Positions 1 through 9,138 of a stretch of 55,752 bases of DNA are shown piece by piece (within the stretch, counting starts at the first letter, position 1; each line of letters starts with the position of its first letter). Source of the stretch: an uncultured virus (IMG/VR IMGVR_UViG_3300028028_000007) (lineage: Duplodnaviria; Heunggongvirae; Uroviricota; Caudoviricetes); the IMG/VR virus record IMGVR_UViG_3300028028_000007, positions 62,001 to 117,752 of that record; one strand, written 5' to 3'. Made by a program: the position numbers and the translations under genes. Below the pieces are notes generated by a model, which had not been told where the DNA came from, searched no databases, and saw only the letters and a program-made list of their open reading frames with translations.

Positions 1-4
1 CTGA

Positions 5-739
5 CTATTTCTGCTTGTCGCGCGACTGCTCCACAGCGGTGCGCATGTTGCTCAAAGCAGCCCACATCTTGTCCGTAGCGAATCCGTCACGGTCCTCAGA
101 CCAGGCTTGCATGGCCATGATCTTGTCCTCCACTGAGGACTTGAAAACCCCTGCAGCCACCAACGCTTGGCACAGGTCCAGGACGTTCTGGCACTCCCTG
201 GGGAAGTCGCTCGAATGGGGCACATTCTGTATAGGGGGAGGCACGTTCTGCCTAGGCGGTCGAGGTGCTGTCTGACGTGGTGCAGATGGAGCAGGGAGGA
301 ACGGCTGGTCTTTCCCCTGCCGCTCCCTGAGCTTGCGCCGGAGCAACATCAGGAGCTTCCCGAGGTTGTTCTCCCCCACCCCCTGGCACACTCCCCAGAA
401 GGTGTCCCCCCAGGCGTTCTCCTCGACCAAGGGGCTGTCACCCGTAGCGAGCAGCTTCACGATGAGATCCTCGTTGCCGAGGAACTTGGCCTTGAGCACG
501 CCGCCCATCACGGACAGCCTGGCGCTGTCCCACCCCGGGACCAAGGCCACGCTGCGCCCGATCTGCTTGGCCTCGGCTGGCGACTTGGCCAGCCGGATGC
601 GGTTCCGCTCGTTCCAGTCTTCCGTCTTGGCCGCCTGGAAGGCGTGCTCGGACGAGGGAAACACGATCCCGTCGTACTCAACCCGGCATGGGTAGAAGTT
701 GGAGAGGAAGTGCCTGTCACCCCGAAATGCTGTGGTCAT
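5..739 (-). CDS. NADAR (YbiA-like) family protein with C-terminal extension
   Basis: Motifs FLSNFY, SSEHAFQAAK, AKQIGR, LLATG..LVE, DTFWG, GENNLGKLLM in the first ~140 aa, then a Pro-rich linker and a small helical domain. Confidence 0.93.
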   Translation of the reverse strand: MTTAFRGDRHFLSNFYPCRVEYDGIVFPSSEHAFQAAKTEDWNERNRIRLAKSPAEAKQIGRSVALVPGWDSARLSVMGGVLKAKFLGNEDLIVKLLATGDSPLVEENAWGDTFWGVCQGVGENNLGKLLMLLRRKLRERQGKDQPFLPAPSAPRQTAPRPPRQNVPPPIQNVPHSSDFPRECQNVLDLCQALVAAGVFKSSVEDKIMAMQAWSEDRDGFATDKMWAALSNMRTAVEQSRDKQK

Positions 740-1251
740 GCGTCACCCACTGTTTTTTCCACGATGGTGATGGGCAGAATAGCCTGGAACAGCATGGGCT
801 TCTCCCCTGCATTTCGGACGATGATAGACACAGTGCTGCCGGCGTGGAGCCTGATCAAAGTCGCCCGTGGGGGTTCACCAGCAAGCTCTCGGGCTCGCCT
901 GCGAATCCAGTCCTGATCTTCAGGCTCGGTCAGGTGGCTCTGATCTCCTGTTGCTATATAGGCGAGCATCCTCTTGATTCTCTGATTCTCCAGCTCTACC
1001 CGAGCGTGTGACTCAGCATCAACCTGCTTGACCTGGTAGTCCCTCAGGGCCCTCTCATAGGTCAGACCCGGGCCTATGGGGCTCAGCAGCAAAGCTGCTT
1101 CGTCTACCGTGATCTGCTCAATCACGTAAGTCTCAGTGGTTGCTTGGTACTCGGGGCCTGTCGAGGTCCCATCCCAGGGACAGGTACAGGTGAGCGTGCG
1201 AGTCTTGCCCAGCGGGATCTGGACCATGCCGATGCTCAGGAGGTTCATCAC
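736..1251 (-). CDS. Hypothetical protein
   Basis: 171-aa ORF overlapping both neighbours by 4 nt in a minus-strand operon. Confidence 0.7.
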   Translation of the reverse strand: MMNLLSIGMVQIPLGKTRTLTCTCPWDGTSTGPEYQATTETYVIEQITVDEAALLLSPIGPGLTYERALRDYQVKQVDAESHARVELENQRIKRMLAYIATGDQSHLTEPEDQDWIRRRARELAGEPPRATLIRLHAGSTVSIIVRNAGEKPMLFQAILPITIVEKTVGDA

Positions 1252-2741
1252 GTCCTCTCTCTCCTGTCCATCTCTGTTCCCAGCTTGGCTACTGCCTTGA
1301 TGTCGTCCAAGAGGTTGGCCAGCTTGAGTCGGTCCTCGCTCGGCAGCTCGGCAAGGCTCAGCAGCTGGCGCGTTTCATCCATGGTCAACCGCTGGTCTTC
1401 CACGGCCGTGGCGAGCCGCTTGTAGTCATCCTGCAGCGACATGTAGGCATCATCACCTTCACGCCAGTACCCTGCTCGGGGTGCAGTCAGCCGCACGGTT
1501 TCGACTTCGCCCTTCCAGGTGCTGAGCCCGAATCTGGCGATCCTGTCCACCACTTCACGCAGGTAGGCCGGCGTCAGGCCAGCGGTGGCCGGAACCAGGT
1601 CCTTCATCGGGGGAAGGTCCACGTTGAACACCCGGCTGTAGTGCCTCAGGACCACCTCTCTCTCCACGTCACCCGGTGGTGGGAGCAAGATGATCTCGTC
1701 CACCCTCCCCGGGCGCATCCCGGAGTAGTAGAACCGCCCCGTCATCATCCCGGGCTTCTCCTTCCCCTTCTTCCTCTTCCCGGTCGCACCCTTCTTCCCC
1801 TCCAGCAGCCCGGTGGTGGCCCAGTTGATGTCGTCGGCCATGAACGTGAGGATCATCGTGGTCTTGCCATGGGCAGACTCCAGAAGGTCCAGCAGACCCT
1901 CAGAGTCCTCCATGTCCACGTCGTTGAGCACCACTACCGACGGCATGAGCATCATGATCAGCTCAAGCACCCCGGAGAGGTTCATGCCGCCCGACCCCAT
2001 GCGCCTCGGTGACCCGAGCTTGTAGGGATTCGCGATTATGGTCCGCCCCCCCATGTGCTCGGCAACCAGCCGTGCCAGGGTTGTCTTTCCCGACCCGCTG
2101 GGGCCGATGATCAGCACACTGCGAGCGTTGGAGCTGCCATGCGCCCGTAGCCGGTCGGCGACCACCTTGGGGTCAGGATCGCCCACGTAGTCCCCACGAC
2201 CTGGTGCCTTGTGCGCGTGCCAGAAACTCCCGCCGCCGCTGTCATCATCATCGAAGGAGAAGACAGGGGCTTTGGCCGGCTCCAGGACCACGGCGTCACC
2301 GATGGCCCAGAAAGCCTTGCTCGCCCAGATGTAGAGCAGATCCTTGTTCCCGTCTCGGACGTAGGGGCCAGACAGAAGTGCTCCCTCCAGGGTGACAAGG
2401 CAGCAGATGTCCTCCCCCCAGACTCGGAGCAGCTTTCCCTCTGCCACTCGCATGTCCTGGTACCCGCACTGCGCCGTGAGCCAGGAGACGATGGTCGCGG
2501 ACACGCCGGGGGGTAGGAAAACCGGGAGGTAGCCGAGACGGCGCATCAGACCTGCCGGTCCATTGTCTGCGTTCAAGGTCTTGTCGAGCAGCACCTTCCC
2601 CAGGCGCAACCCGCCGATCACACGCAGCACCTTGTCCTTCCCTGTCATGTCAGTCCAGGCAGAAGACACATCCTCTAGCGTGGCCAACCACCCACTCAGG
2701 GAGAGGATGTAGCGGTACAGGCGTATCGTGCGGGCTTTCAT
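1248..2741 (-). CDS. AAA+ ATPase (classical AAA clade-like)
   Basis: Walker A GPSGSGKT, Walker B-like VVVLNDVD, second region of homology MRPGRVD, lid TAGLTPAYLRE. Confidence 0.85.
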   Translation of the reverse strand: MKARTIRLYRYILSLSGWLATLEDVSSAWTDMTGKDKVLRVIGGLRLGKVLLDKTLNADNGPAGLMRRLGYLPVFLPPGVSATIVSWLTAQCGYQDMRVAEGKLLRVWGEDICCLVTLEGALLSGPYVRDGNKDLLYIWASKAFWAIGDAVVLEPAKAPVFSFDDDDSGGGSFWHAHKAPGRGDYVGDPDPKVVADRLRAHGSSNARSVLIIGPSGSGKTTLARLVAEHMGGRTIIANPYKLGSPRRMGSGGMNLSGVLELIMMLMPSVVVLNDVDMEDSEGLLDLLESAHGKTTMILTFMADDINWATTGLLEGKKGATGKRKKGKEKPGMMTGRFYYSGMRPGRVDEIILLPPPGDVEREVVLRHYSRVFNVDLPPMKDLVPATAGLTPAYLREVVDRIARFGLSTWKGEVETVRLTAPRAGYWREGDDAYMSLQDDYKRLATAVEDQRLTMDETRQLLSLAELPSEDRLKLANLLDDIKAVAKLGTEMDRRERT

Positions 2742-2754
2742 GCTGTCGAGTCCC

Positions 2755-3105
2755 TCAGAGAAGTCTGGCGATCATGCTGACCGCCGGGCCCAAGGCCTTG
2801 TCCACTCCAGCTTGGTCCGCCAGGATGGCCGCCACCAGGCTGTCGAGGTTGACCAGCACCTCCGGCTTCGCCCTGTCATTCCCCGCGGTTCGGCAGAGGC
2901 ACAGCCAATGGGCGAGCCCCGCGCTGGGCGTCTCCTTCTTCTCCTGCACCCGCTTCACCACCAGGCCGAGGTCCAGCATCTTGGCCTCCAACACGGCGAG
3001 CATCCTGATGTCCCCCTCCGCGGCCTTGACGAAGCCGGTCCCCGCAGCCCGCACCTTGGCCGGGGCGAGTCGGAGAAGCATGTTGATTGCCTCAGTTGTC
3101 TGCAT
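2755..3105 (-). CDS. Hypothetical protein
   Basis: 116-aa ORF with GGAGG upstream; part of the minus-strand operon. Confidence 0.7.
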   Translation of the reverse strand: MQTTEAINMLLRLAPAKVRAAGTGFVKAAEGDIRMLAVLEAKMLDLGLVVKRVQEKKETPSAGLAHWLCLCRTAGNDRAKPEVLVNLDSLVAAILADQAGVDKALGPAVSMIARLL

Positions 3106-3505
3106 TTTTTCCTCCGTTCTTGGCGCTGGTGACTTCCGCCTGGGCTTGAAGGCGCCAGCTCGTCAGGTAACGCTCGGCCAGGATGGCGAGGGTGGAGACG
3201 GCGAAGATGTAGTCGACATCGGTGACGTTCTCCATCAGCCGGTCGCCTTCGGTCATGGTGAAAAAGACAGCCCCTGCCGAGACTTTCCCGATTGAGGCGA
3301 AGATCGCCCCAGGAGCCTGGGCGTCAGCCGTGAGAAAGTAGAACTCCCGGCCATCTAGGGCCAGCATGGTTTCTTGCGTGCCATCGGTGGTGATACCGAG
3401 GTCTGAGGTGCTGACCGCAGCAAGGCCGTCTGGGACGACGAAGGCGAGGTGGAATCTGTCACCGTTCTGGATGAGGCCAGCATGCGCTTCCGGGTACTGG
3501 ATCAC
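3092..3505 (-). CDS. Hypothetical protein
   Basis: 137-aa ORF coupled to both neighbours. Confidence 0.7.
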   Translation of the reverse strand: MIQYPEAHAGLIQNGDRFHLAFVVPDGLAAVSTSDLGITTDGTQETMLALDGREFYFLTADAQAPGAIFASIGKVSAGAVFFTMTEGDRLMENVTDVDYIFAVSTLAILAERYLTSWRLQAQAEVTSAKNGGKNADN

Positions 3506-3759
3506 GGAGCATCTCCTTCCCGGATGATCTTCTGTACCGTCACCCGTTCGGCCTTCGACAAGGGGAGGAACAGGGTGTAGGCCGCTTTCACGGACCCCTC
3601 ACCCCTGTCGGCGGCCCAGTGAGCCTTGATGTAGGCCTTCACCGCTGGGGACACCGGGCTGATGGGCTCGGGTACGTGCTCCTTCGGCTCCACCACCCTG
3701 GGCAGCGACACCACCTCGGGGATCGTCTGCTCATCGTTCTTCTTTCTCCGGCTGGCCAT
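3502..3759 (-). CDS. Hypothetical protein
   Basis: ATG at 3759 preceded by AGGAG (ctcct at 3766-3770); stop overlaps the next start. Confidence 0.65.
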   Translation of the reverse strand: MASRRKKNDEQTIPEVVSLPRVVEPKEHVPEPISPVSPAVKAYIKAHWAADRGEGSVKAAYTLFLPLSKAERVTVQKIIREGDAP

Positions 3760-3795
3760 CCTGTGCTCCTTGTTGACAGGCACTCCACTGTGCCC

Positions 3796-3825
3796 CTTCT
3801 ACTCGATTACGGGTTCCCCTGTCAA
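3796..3825 (-). promoter_or_regulatory. Putative sigma70-type promoter TTGACA-N18-TAGAAG
   Basis: Perfect -35 on the minus strand (3820-3825) and a weak -10 (3796-3801), upstream of the 3759-5 operon. Confidence 0.45.
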
Positions 3826-5939
3826 GTCTCGCTGTCCTCATAATCGCCGCACTCCATCTGCCGGCCGGCGATTCGGGCGACCTTCCGGTCATCATCCGTG
3901 TCCATGAGCCGGGCTGCCATGTCCGCGAGCACCTGCTCCCGGCTGCGCTTGTCGCTCTTGTCCCTGAGCCCCTCGACCAGCGCATCATCATCCATGTCGC
4001 ACAGCGCGGCCAGGTCGGTGAACTTCGACAAGACTGCAGCCTCGACATCCTCAGCCTTGGTCCCTCGACCGATGAACAGCTCCACCACGGGGTTCCTCTC
4101 GGCGCTCATCCCGAGCCGCCAGATTCGACCGATGATCTGCTTGATCTCGATGGGCGTCCACGGGACGTAGGCGAGCCCCATGTAGTCCGTGTCGTGCAGG
4201 TTCCGGCTCTCCCCCCAGGCGTCCAGGGTGCCAATCAAGGCACACGGCCCCGGGTGCGCCATGTAGGCGTCCTGGACTGCCTTGCGCTCCTCGGGCGAGG
4301 TGTTCCCCCCATGCGCGATCCACACCTGCACCTTCTTGCCGGCGGCCTTCTTCAGCTCTGCTCCCATGCGGTTGCAGTCTGAGTGCCAACCTGTGATCCC
4401 GATCACCTTCTGCCCGGCTTCCATCTTCTCGGCGAGCACACTGACCACGAGGGGTCGAACCATGGCCGCCGCCAGACACAGCATGTAGGTCAGCTTCCCC
4501 GCGGTCCCGGCCCGCTTCGCTGACACCCAGGCTCCGCGCTCGTCCACGCCGATGTGCGCCTGGGTGAGGTCGCGTTGCTGAACGTGACGGACCACCACGC
4601 GCAGAGGGGGCAGCTCGGCATGGGTCACCTTGGGGGACACCTTGAAGCGCAGCAGATCGATCCTGCTACGAAGCTCCTCTGGGTTCGAGCTTCCCTTCGA
4701 GTCCAGCACCTTCCGGGGGTTGAACCGGCTGATGGGCTTCATCTTCCCGTTGCAGTACCGCTCGGCGAAGACCCGGAAGCGCCCCCAGGAGTATGGCCCC
4801 TCGATCATGGTGAGCTGTCCCCACCAGTCGCGGACACGATCCGGGTGCGGCGTGGCTGAGGTCAGCAGGACACGCGAGGCGTTCTGGCTCAGGTAGTGCG
4901 CCGTGGCCGCCTGCGTCTCCTTGAGTGTGAACGTCGTCCCGGACTGGTCCTCATCTACCGCCCAGATGGAATGGTCCTTGAAATGGTGGCACTCGTCCAG
5001 CACAACCGTAGGGGCCCCCCAGGCAGCAAGGGCTTCTCGACGGGAGGTGATCAGGTAGTTGGGGATGATGACCACCTTCACGTCGTCGGCCAGGCCGAGG
5101 TCTTTCTGGTACGTGTCCGCGCGCATTTGGGCCCGAAGTTGCGCTACCCACCCCTCCACCTCGTCCTGCGACCGCCTGAGCCTCACGGCGGTCTCGGCGC
5201 AGCTCAGCCCGTCGGCCACCGCCACGATGCAGCGTGCCCTCCAGATGCGATCTTCCTCATCCTTGCTCCACCCAGAGTCAATCCCGATCTCGGCGACCCG
5301 GCGAAGGTCTGCTAGTTCAGCGAAGTCCTTGGGCAGTGGCCCGGCCCCGAGGCGCTCGTAGACCTGACCTGTGCTGGGGTTGACCACCTTCCACGGTGGA
5401 TGCCCATGGCTCAGATCCCGGATGCTAGCATGGGCGGCCGTGGCTCTCTGCTCACGGTCAATCACGGCGTAGGGCATGGCTCCAGGGGCGAAGAGCTTGC
5501 TGATCTCCTCTGGGATCTGGTAGAGCGCCCCCGAGCTGGTCACGATCAATGCTCTGCCAGGGTAGCTGGCGATCCACCACAAGAACATCCAGGTCTTCCC
5601 CCCACCGCATGGCACCTCTAGAAGGCCACCACCAAGGCGCTGGGTGAAAGCGAGGGCGTCCCGCTGGAAGGGCTTGGCCTTTTCTATGGCGTAAGCTGAG
5701 ACCCCTGGGATCTCCTCCAGCGGTGTCGTCCGGTCTGGTTGCCCCACCTGGTGGTGCTCGAAGTCGACCTTCAGCCAGCGCAGCACCCCGGCGACGGTTC
5801 TGGCCCCCGACCCGCGTGCGGTGAGGATGCGCCCCCTTTTGGGGAAGGTCACTCCAGGGATGCACGCGACTGACGCAGCCTGCTCCTCGGTTAGAGGATC
5901 GGCCAAGGAAAACTCTACCTTCACCTGACGAATACCCAT
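3822..5939 (-). CDS. SF2 / SNF2-like helicase with internal HTH-like insertion
   Basis: Motif I VPCGGGKT, II VLDECH, III LTSATP, V GESRNL, VI QIIGRIWRLG; GAGGAG upstream (GTG 5942 or ATG 5939). Confidence 0.88.
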   Translation of the reverse strand: MGIRQVKVEFSLADPLTEEQAASVACIPGVTFPKRGRILTARGSGARTVAGVLRWLKVDFEHHQVGQPDRTTPLEEIPGVSAYAIEKAKPFQRDALAFTQRLGGGLLEVPCGGGKTWMFLWWIASYPGRALIVTSSGALYQIPEEISKLFAPGAMPYAVIDREQRATAAHASIRDLSHGHPPWKVVNPSTGQVYERLGAGPLPKDFAELADLRRVAEIGIDSGWSKDEEDRIWRARCIVAVADGLSCAETAVRLRRSQDEVEGWVAQLRAQMRADTYQKDLGLADDVKVVIIPNYLITSRREALAAWGAPTVVLDECHHFKDHSIWAVDEDQSGTTFTLKETQAATAHYLSQNASRVLLTSATPHPDRVRDWWGQLTMIEGPYSWGRFRVFAERYCNGKMKPISRFNPRKVLDSKGSSNPEELRSRIDLLRFKVSPKVTHAELPPLRVVVRHVQQRDLTQAHIGVDERGAWVSAKRAGTAGKLTYMLCLAAAMVRPLVVSVLAEKMEAGQKVIGITGWHSDCNRMGAELKKAAGKKVQVWIAHGGNTSPEERKAVQDAYMAHPGPCALIGTLDAWGESRNLHDTDYMGLAYVPWTPIEIKQIIGRIWRLGMSAERNPVVELFIGRGTKAEDVEAAVLSKFTDLAALCDMDDDALVEGLRDKSDKRSREQVLADMAARLMDTDDDRKVARIAGRQMECGDYEDSET

Positions 5940-5960
5940 CACGCTCCTCGCACGTATAAG

Positions 5961-6032
5961 GGTCTATCACAGGGGCACAGTACAGTCAACACCTGATCCC
6001 CCCTTGCCACGGCCGGGGCTTTCGGGTATCCA
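5961..6032. promoter_or_regulatory. Divergent promoter pair: TTGACT-N17-TAGACC (minus, 5989-5961) and TTGCCA-N17-TATCCA (plus, 6004-6032)
   Basis: Both have 17-bp spacers and lie in the 150-bp gap between the divergent helicase and DUF3987-like genes. Confidence 0.55.
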
Positions 6033-6090
6033 GACGGGGCGTGAGCTTGTGCGGGCTCACGAGCCGTGAAACTGCCTGAGGTTTGACAAC

Positions 6091-7698
6091 ATGATCACTG
6101 ACGAACACGTCAAGACCTTCCTGGTGCCCAGGGAAGGTCTCATCCATGAGATCGTCTACTTCACCGAAGCGCAGACCGATGCGCCTCTCATCTACGCCCT
6201 GGCCTCGGCGCTGACCACCGTGTCAGCCCTGGTCAACACGGAGACGAGCATGTGGGGGCCAGGCGCGAGACGAGATCGCGTCAACCTCTACACCCTGCTC
6301 GTGGGAGACTCGTCGCTGGACCGCAAGACGACTTCCATGATGACGGCAATGAACATCCTCGGGGAAGCGGTCCCCGACCGCTGGGGGAAGAGCCCGGGGT
6401 CATTCCAGGGGCTCATTGACGAGCTGGGCCGGGGCCAGCACCGGGTGATCCCGGAGCCGGAGTTTTCCCGGTTTCTTCAGCAGTCCAGGGGGGACAAGCT
6501 GCTGAGCGACGTGAAGAAGGCCTACATGGACCTGTACGACTGTGTGAGCACCACCCAGTCTCTGGCCAATAGCCGAGAGGGGAACGCCCGCAGCCGGGAG
6601 GTCAAAGACCCTCGGCTGTCCATCTTGGCGGCCATCGCGCACCCCTTGCTCTCCGAGGGGCTGGAGCCGTCTGACATGACAGGCGGGTTCTGGGCTCGGT
6701 TCTTCATCGCCATGGGGCAGCGCACGCGCTTCCTCGCCCCGTCTGAAATCGAGCCTGACATCCCGGGTCGGATGCGGATTGCAGCCTACATGGCGCAGAT
6801 GCGCGATCTCGCCCCCAAGTGCTGGCTGAAGAACGACCCGCAGGCTCGGAAGGCGCTGGACAGGTTCGCCCGGGAGCTGGACAAGAAGGCGCTGAAGCTG
6901 GTCCGCTCGAACCCCCCTCTGGCAGGTACCCTCGGGCGGGCAGTCACGCTCACCCGCAAGCTGGCCGCGATCTACGCGCTGGACAGGTACATCGTTGAGA
7001 AGATGAGGGAGAAGGGTCTCGACCCGAACGAGGGGGAGTTGCCGATTGTGGATAGCTTCGAGGCCTCGACCAACGAGGCCATGGAAACGGCGCAGCAAGA
7101 AGTAGATCGTGGTGAGTCGTTTGCGAAGCGCGAGATTGAGCTGTGGATCAACCTGGAGGACATGACCTTCGCCGCTCTCACCACCAAGGCTCACCTCAAG
7201 GGAGCTGAGCATGTGCTGACGCTCCTCGCCCCGACCGTCGCCATGCGGCAGCGTCGTCGCGTCCTGGAAATCCTCTACGACGGCCTGGCCCATTCCATCG
7301 GGAGCCTGATCCCAGAGCTTGGCGTGTCTCTGCGCACCATGCAGGACATCTTGGCAGCAGTCAAGGAGGAGGGTTTCGTCATCGAGTGTACTGGCACCGA
7401 TGGGCGCAGGTACTACTACCGCAACGATGTTGAACTGGCTGAAGAAGGTCAGCCTGAGGGCTTCCAGGCGATCCTCAAGGGCGGTGCCGATCCGTTCCTG
7501 ACCCTGGACACGACCGACCCGCTTCCTCCCCCGGAGCCTCCCGTCTCCGAGATCCCCCCCACGTCTCCTGTCTTTGGCCCGCCCGAGCCCACACCCCCGC
7601 CAGAAGTCTATGGCGACGGGTATGGAGACTACACGGTGGACGACATGGACGACTACGTGCCGGAGTATGACGCCATGGGCCGGTTGATCGTGCATTGA
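6091..7698 (+). CDS. DUF3987/YfjI-like P-loop protein (putative replicative helicase-type ATPase) with C-terminal winged helix
   Basis: NLYTLLVGDSSLDRKTTSM variant P-loop, GSFQGLIDEL, EFSRFL, YMDLYD, LSILAA, GGFWARF; wHTH-like segment and acidic/Pro tail. Confidence 0.75.
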   Translation: MITDEHVKTFLVPREGLIHEIVYFTEAQTDAPLIYALASALTTVSALVNTETSMWGPGARRDRVNLYTLLVGDSSLDRKTTSMMTAMNILGEAVPDRWGKSPGSFQGLIDELGRGQHRVIPEPEFSRFLQQSRGDKLLSDVKKAYMDLYDCVSTTQSLANSREGNARSREVKDPRLSILAAIAHPLLSEGLEPSDMTGGFWARFFIAMGQRTRFLAPSEIEPDIPGRMRIAAYMAQMRDLAPKCWLKNDPQARKALDRFARELDKKALKLVRSNPPLAGTLGRAVTLTRKLAAIYALDRYIVEKMREKGLDPNEGELPIVDSFEASTNEAMETAQQEVDRGESFAKREIELWINLEDMTFAALTTKAHLKGAEHVLTLLAPTVAMRQRRRVLEILYDGLAHSIGSLIPELGVSLRTMQDILAAVKEEGFVIECTGTDGRRYYYRNDVELAEEGQPEGFQAILKGGADPFLTLDTTDPLPPPEPPVSEIPPTSPVFGPPEPTPPPEVYGDGYGDYTVDDMDDYVPEYDAMGRLIVH

Positions 7699-7748
7699 CG
7701 CTGGCTTCGTGGTAGTCTCCCCAGGAGCACTTTCTTCTGGAGACCATC

Positions 7749-8015
7749 ATGGCCGAAGTCGTCGTAGGGCACATCACTGAGTCAGGGCAGATCATCCCGT
7801 TCAGCCGGCAGATCCGGCGAAGTGTCCAAGCACGCCCGGATGAGACTGGCCTTGTGGTTCAGCACGAGATCGACCCCGAGATCAAGGCCGCGCTGCTCGA
7901 AATGCAGAAGACCTTGACCAGGCGGTCCACCATCATCGCCGTCGGTGGAGGTGTCGCCGGAGGTTTCCTGCTGGCTCTGCTCATCTGGGCCATTGCCAGG
8001 TCTGTCAAGGGCTGA
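7749..8015 (+). CDS. Small membrane protein
   Basis: 88 aa, GGAG RBS, C-terminal hydrophobic helix IIAVGGGVAGGFLLALLIWAIA. Confidence 0.7.
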   Translation: MAEVVVGHITESGQIIPFSRQIRRSVQARPDETGLVVQHEIDPEIKAALLEMQKTLTRRSTIIAVGGGVAGGFLLALLIWAIARSVKG

Positions 8016-9138
8016 ACGGTCCCGAGTCGGCCTTCCGTTTGAGGTGGGCTCCGGGGGACACCCACCCTGGCTGTGTCCTGGGGTCCACGTACAACTCGCT
8101 CGGAAACACGTCCCCGAACGGCTGTGCCCACGGTGCCCTCTTCGTGTAGTTCCGCATCGGCTCTCCGGTGGGCTCGCTGGCATACTTCTCCGCGATCTCC
8201 TTGATGCGCCCGGGACTCATGCTGACCCGGCTGCCCGGCCGAGCGGGTAGGAAGCGGTCTTCCTTCCCGAGAACATGCGGAGGTGGGAGAGTCCTGAAGG
8301 CAGGCTTTTGCAACCATGCGGGGTACTCCTTGTCCCCCAGCATCAGGCGGCTCGGATCGATCCCGGTGCAGCACCAGTGGTGGATGACAGCATGGGCATC
8401 ACACTCCTCCTGGTTCATCCTCGGGTTGTAGTCGGTTCCCTCCAGGTAGTCTCCGCTGTCAATATCAATATGGCCTCTACCCATGCTCTTTGGGTATGGC
8501 TTGCCCTCATCCTTAAGTCGTTGGCACATCTTGTGGTATTCCAGGAAGTCTGCCACCGGCTGACGGCGCTGCAGTGTGTATTTCAAGTGCCACCCGCCTG
8601 TGAGCCTGCGTGAAGTGTACCGCAGTGCCAGGTAGCGATACACTGGGTCTTCCGAGTATTTTTCGATGTAGCCAGCTGAACATGGGACAGCCCCATCAAG
8701 CCAGTCGACCAAGCGGTCCATCCAGTCCACGTCCCACCAGGTTGCCGCGGACAGGTCCCGGGGATTGTGCCGCCGGGCCAGGACGGCGATGGCGTGCAGG
8801 ACTTCTTCGGGGATGTTGTCCTTCTTGCTGGGTCTACCCAGCTTGGGCTCCAGCTTGGGCAAGCCGAGGTCGAAGGGAAGCTCACCGCCTACCTCGGCGA
8901 GCTTGTTCCAGATCCAGGCAAAGTGCATACGAGTCTGGCTAGGCAGTGACAGTCGATAGTCCAGCATGTAGTCCAGGTCGCGTGGGTCCTCACATGCCTG
9001 GATCGCCTGGCGCAGCAGACCTGCGTAGATCATCCCATGCCTTTCTTCGATCCTGTTGATGTGAACCCTCACTTCCTCCAGTTCATCTGGCGTCAGCATC
9101 AGACACCTCTTCCTCAAAGGAGTCCATTTCCGCTTCAT
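8005..9138 (-). CDS. Hypothetical protein (faint tyrosine-recombinase-like segments)
   Basis: 377-aa ORF; RDLSAATWWDVDW and FLPARPGSRVSMSPGRIKEIAEKY resemble recombinase patches, but no HxxR or catalytic Tyr is seen. Confidence 0.65.
   Translation of the reverse strand: MKRKWTPLRKRCLMLTPDELEEVRVHINRIEERHGMIYAGLLRQAIQACEDPRDLDYMLDYRLSLPSQTRMHFAWIWNKLAEVGGELPFDLGLPKLEPKLGRPSKKDNIPEEVLHAIAVLARRHNPRDLSAATWWDVDWMDRLVDWLDGAVPCSAGYIEKYSEDPVYRYLALRYTSRRLTGGWHLKYTLQRRQPVADFLEYHKMCQRLKDEGKPYPKSMGRGHIDIDSGDYLEGTDYNPRMNQEECDAHAVIHHWCCTGIDPSRLMLGDKEYPAWLQKPAFRTLPPPHVLGKEDRFLPARPGSRVSMSPGRIKEIAEKYASEPTGEPMRNYTKRAPWAQPFGDVFPSELYVDPRTQPGWVSPGAHLKRKADSGPFSP

Noticed and set aside
1248..2741. AAA ATPase as genome-packaging ATPase or terminase
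   Set aside because: It has classical AAA RPGR and lid motifs, not FtsK/A32 or terminase features, and lies outside the structural block.
8005..9138. Calling this ORF a functional integrase
   Set aside because: HxxR and the catalytic Tyr region were not found and no att-like boundary is visible; kept only as a low-confidence finding.
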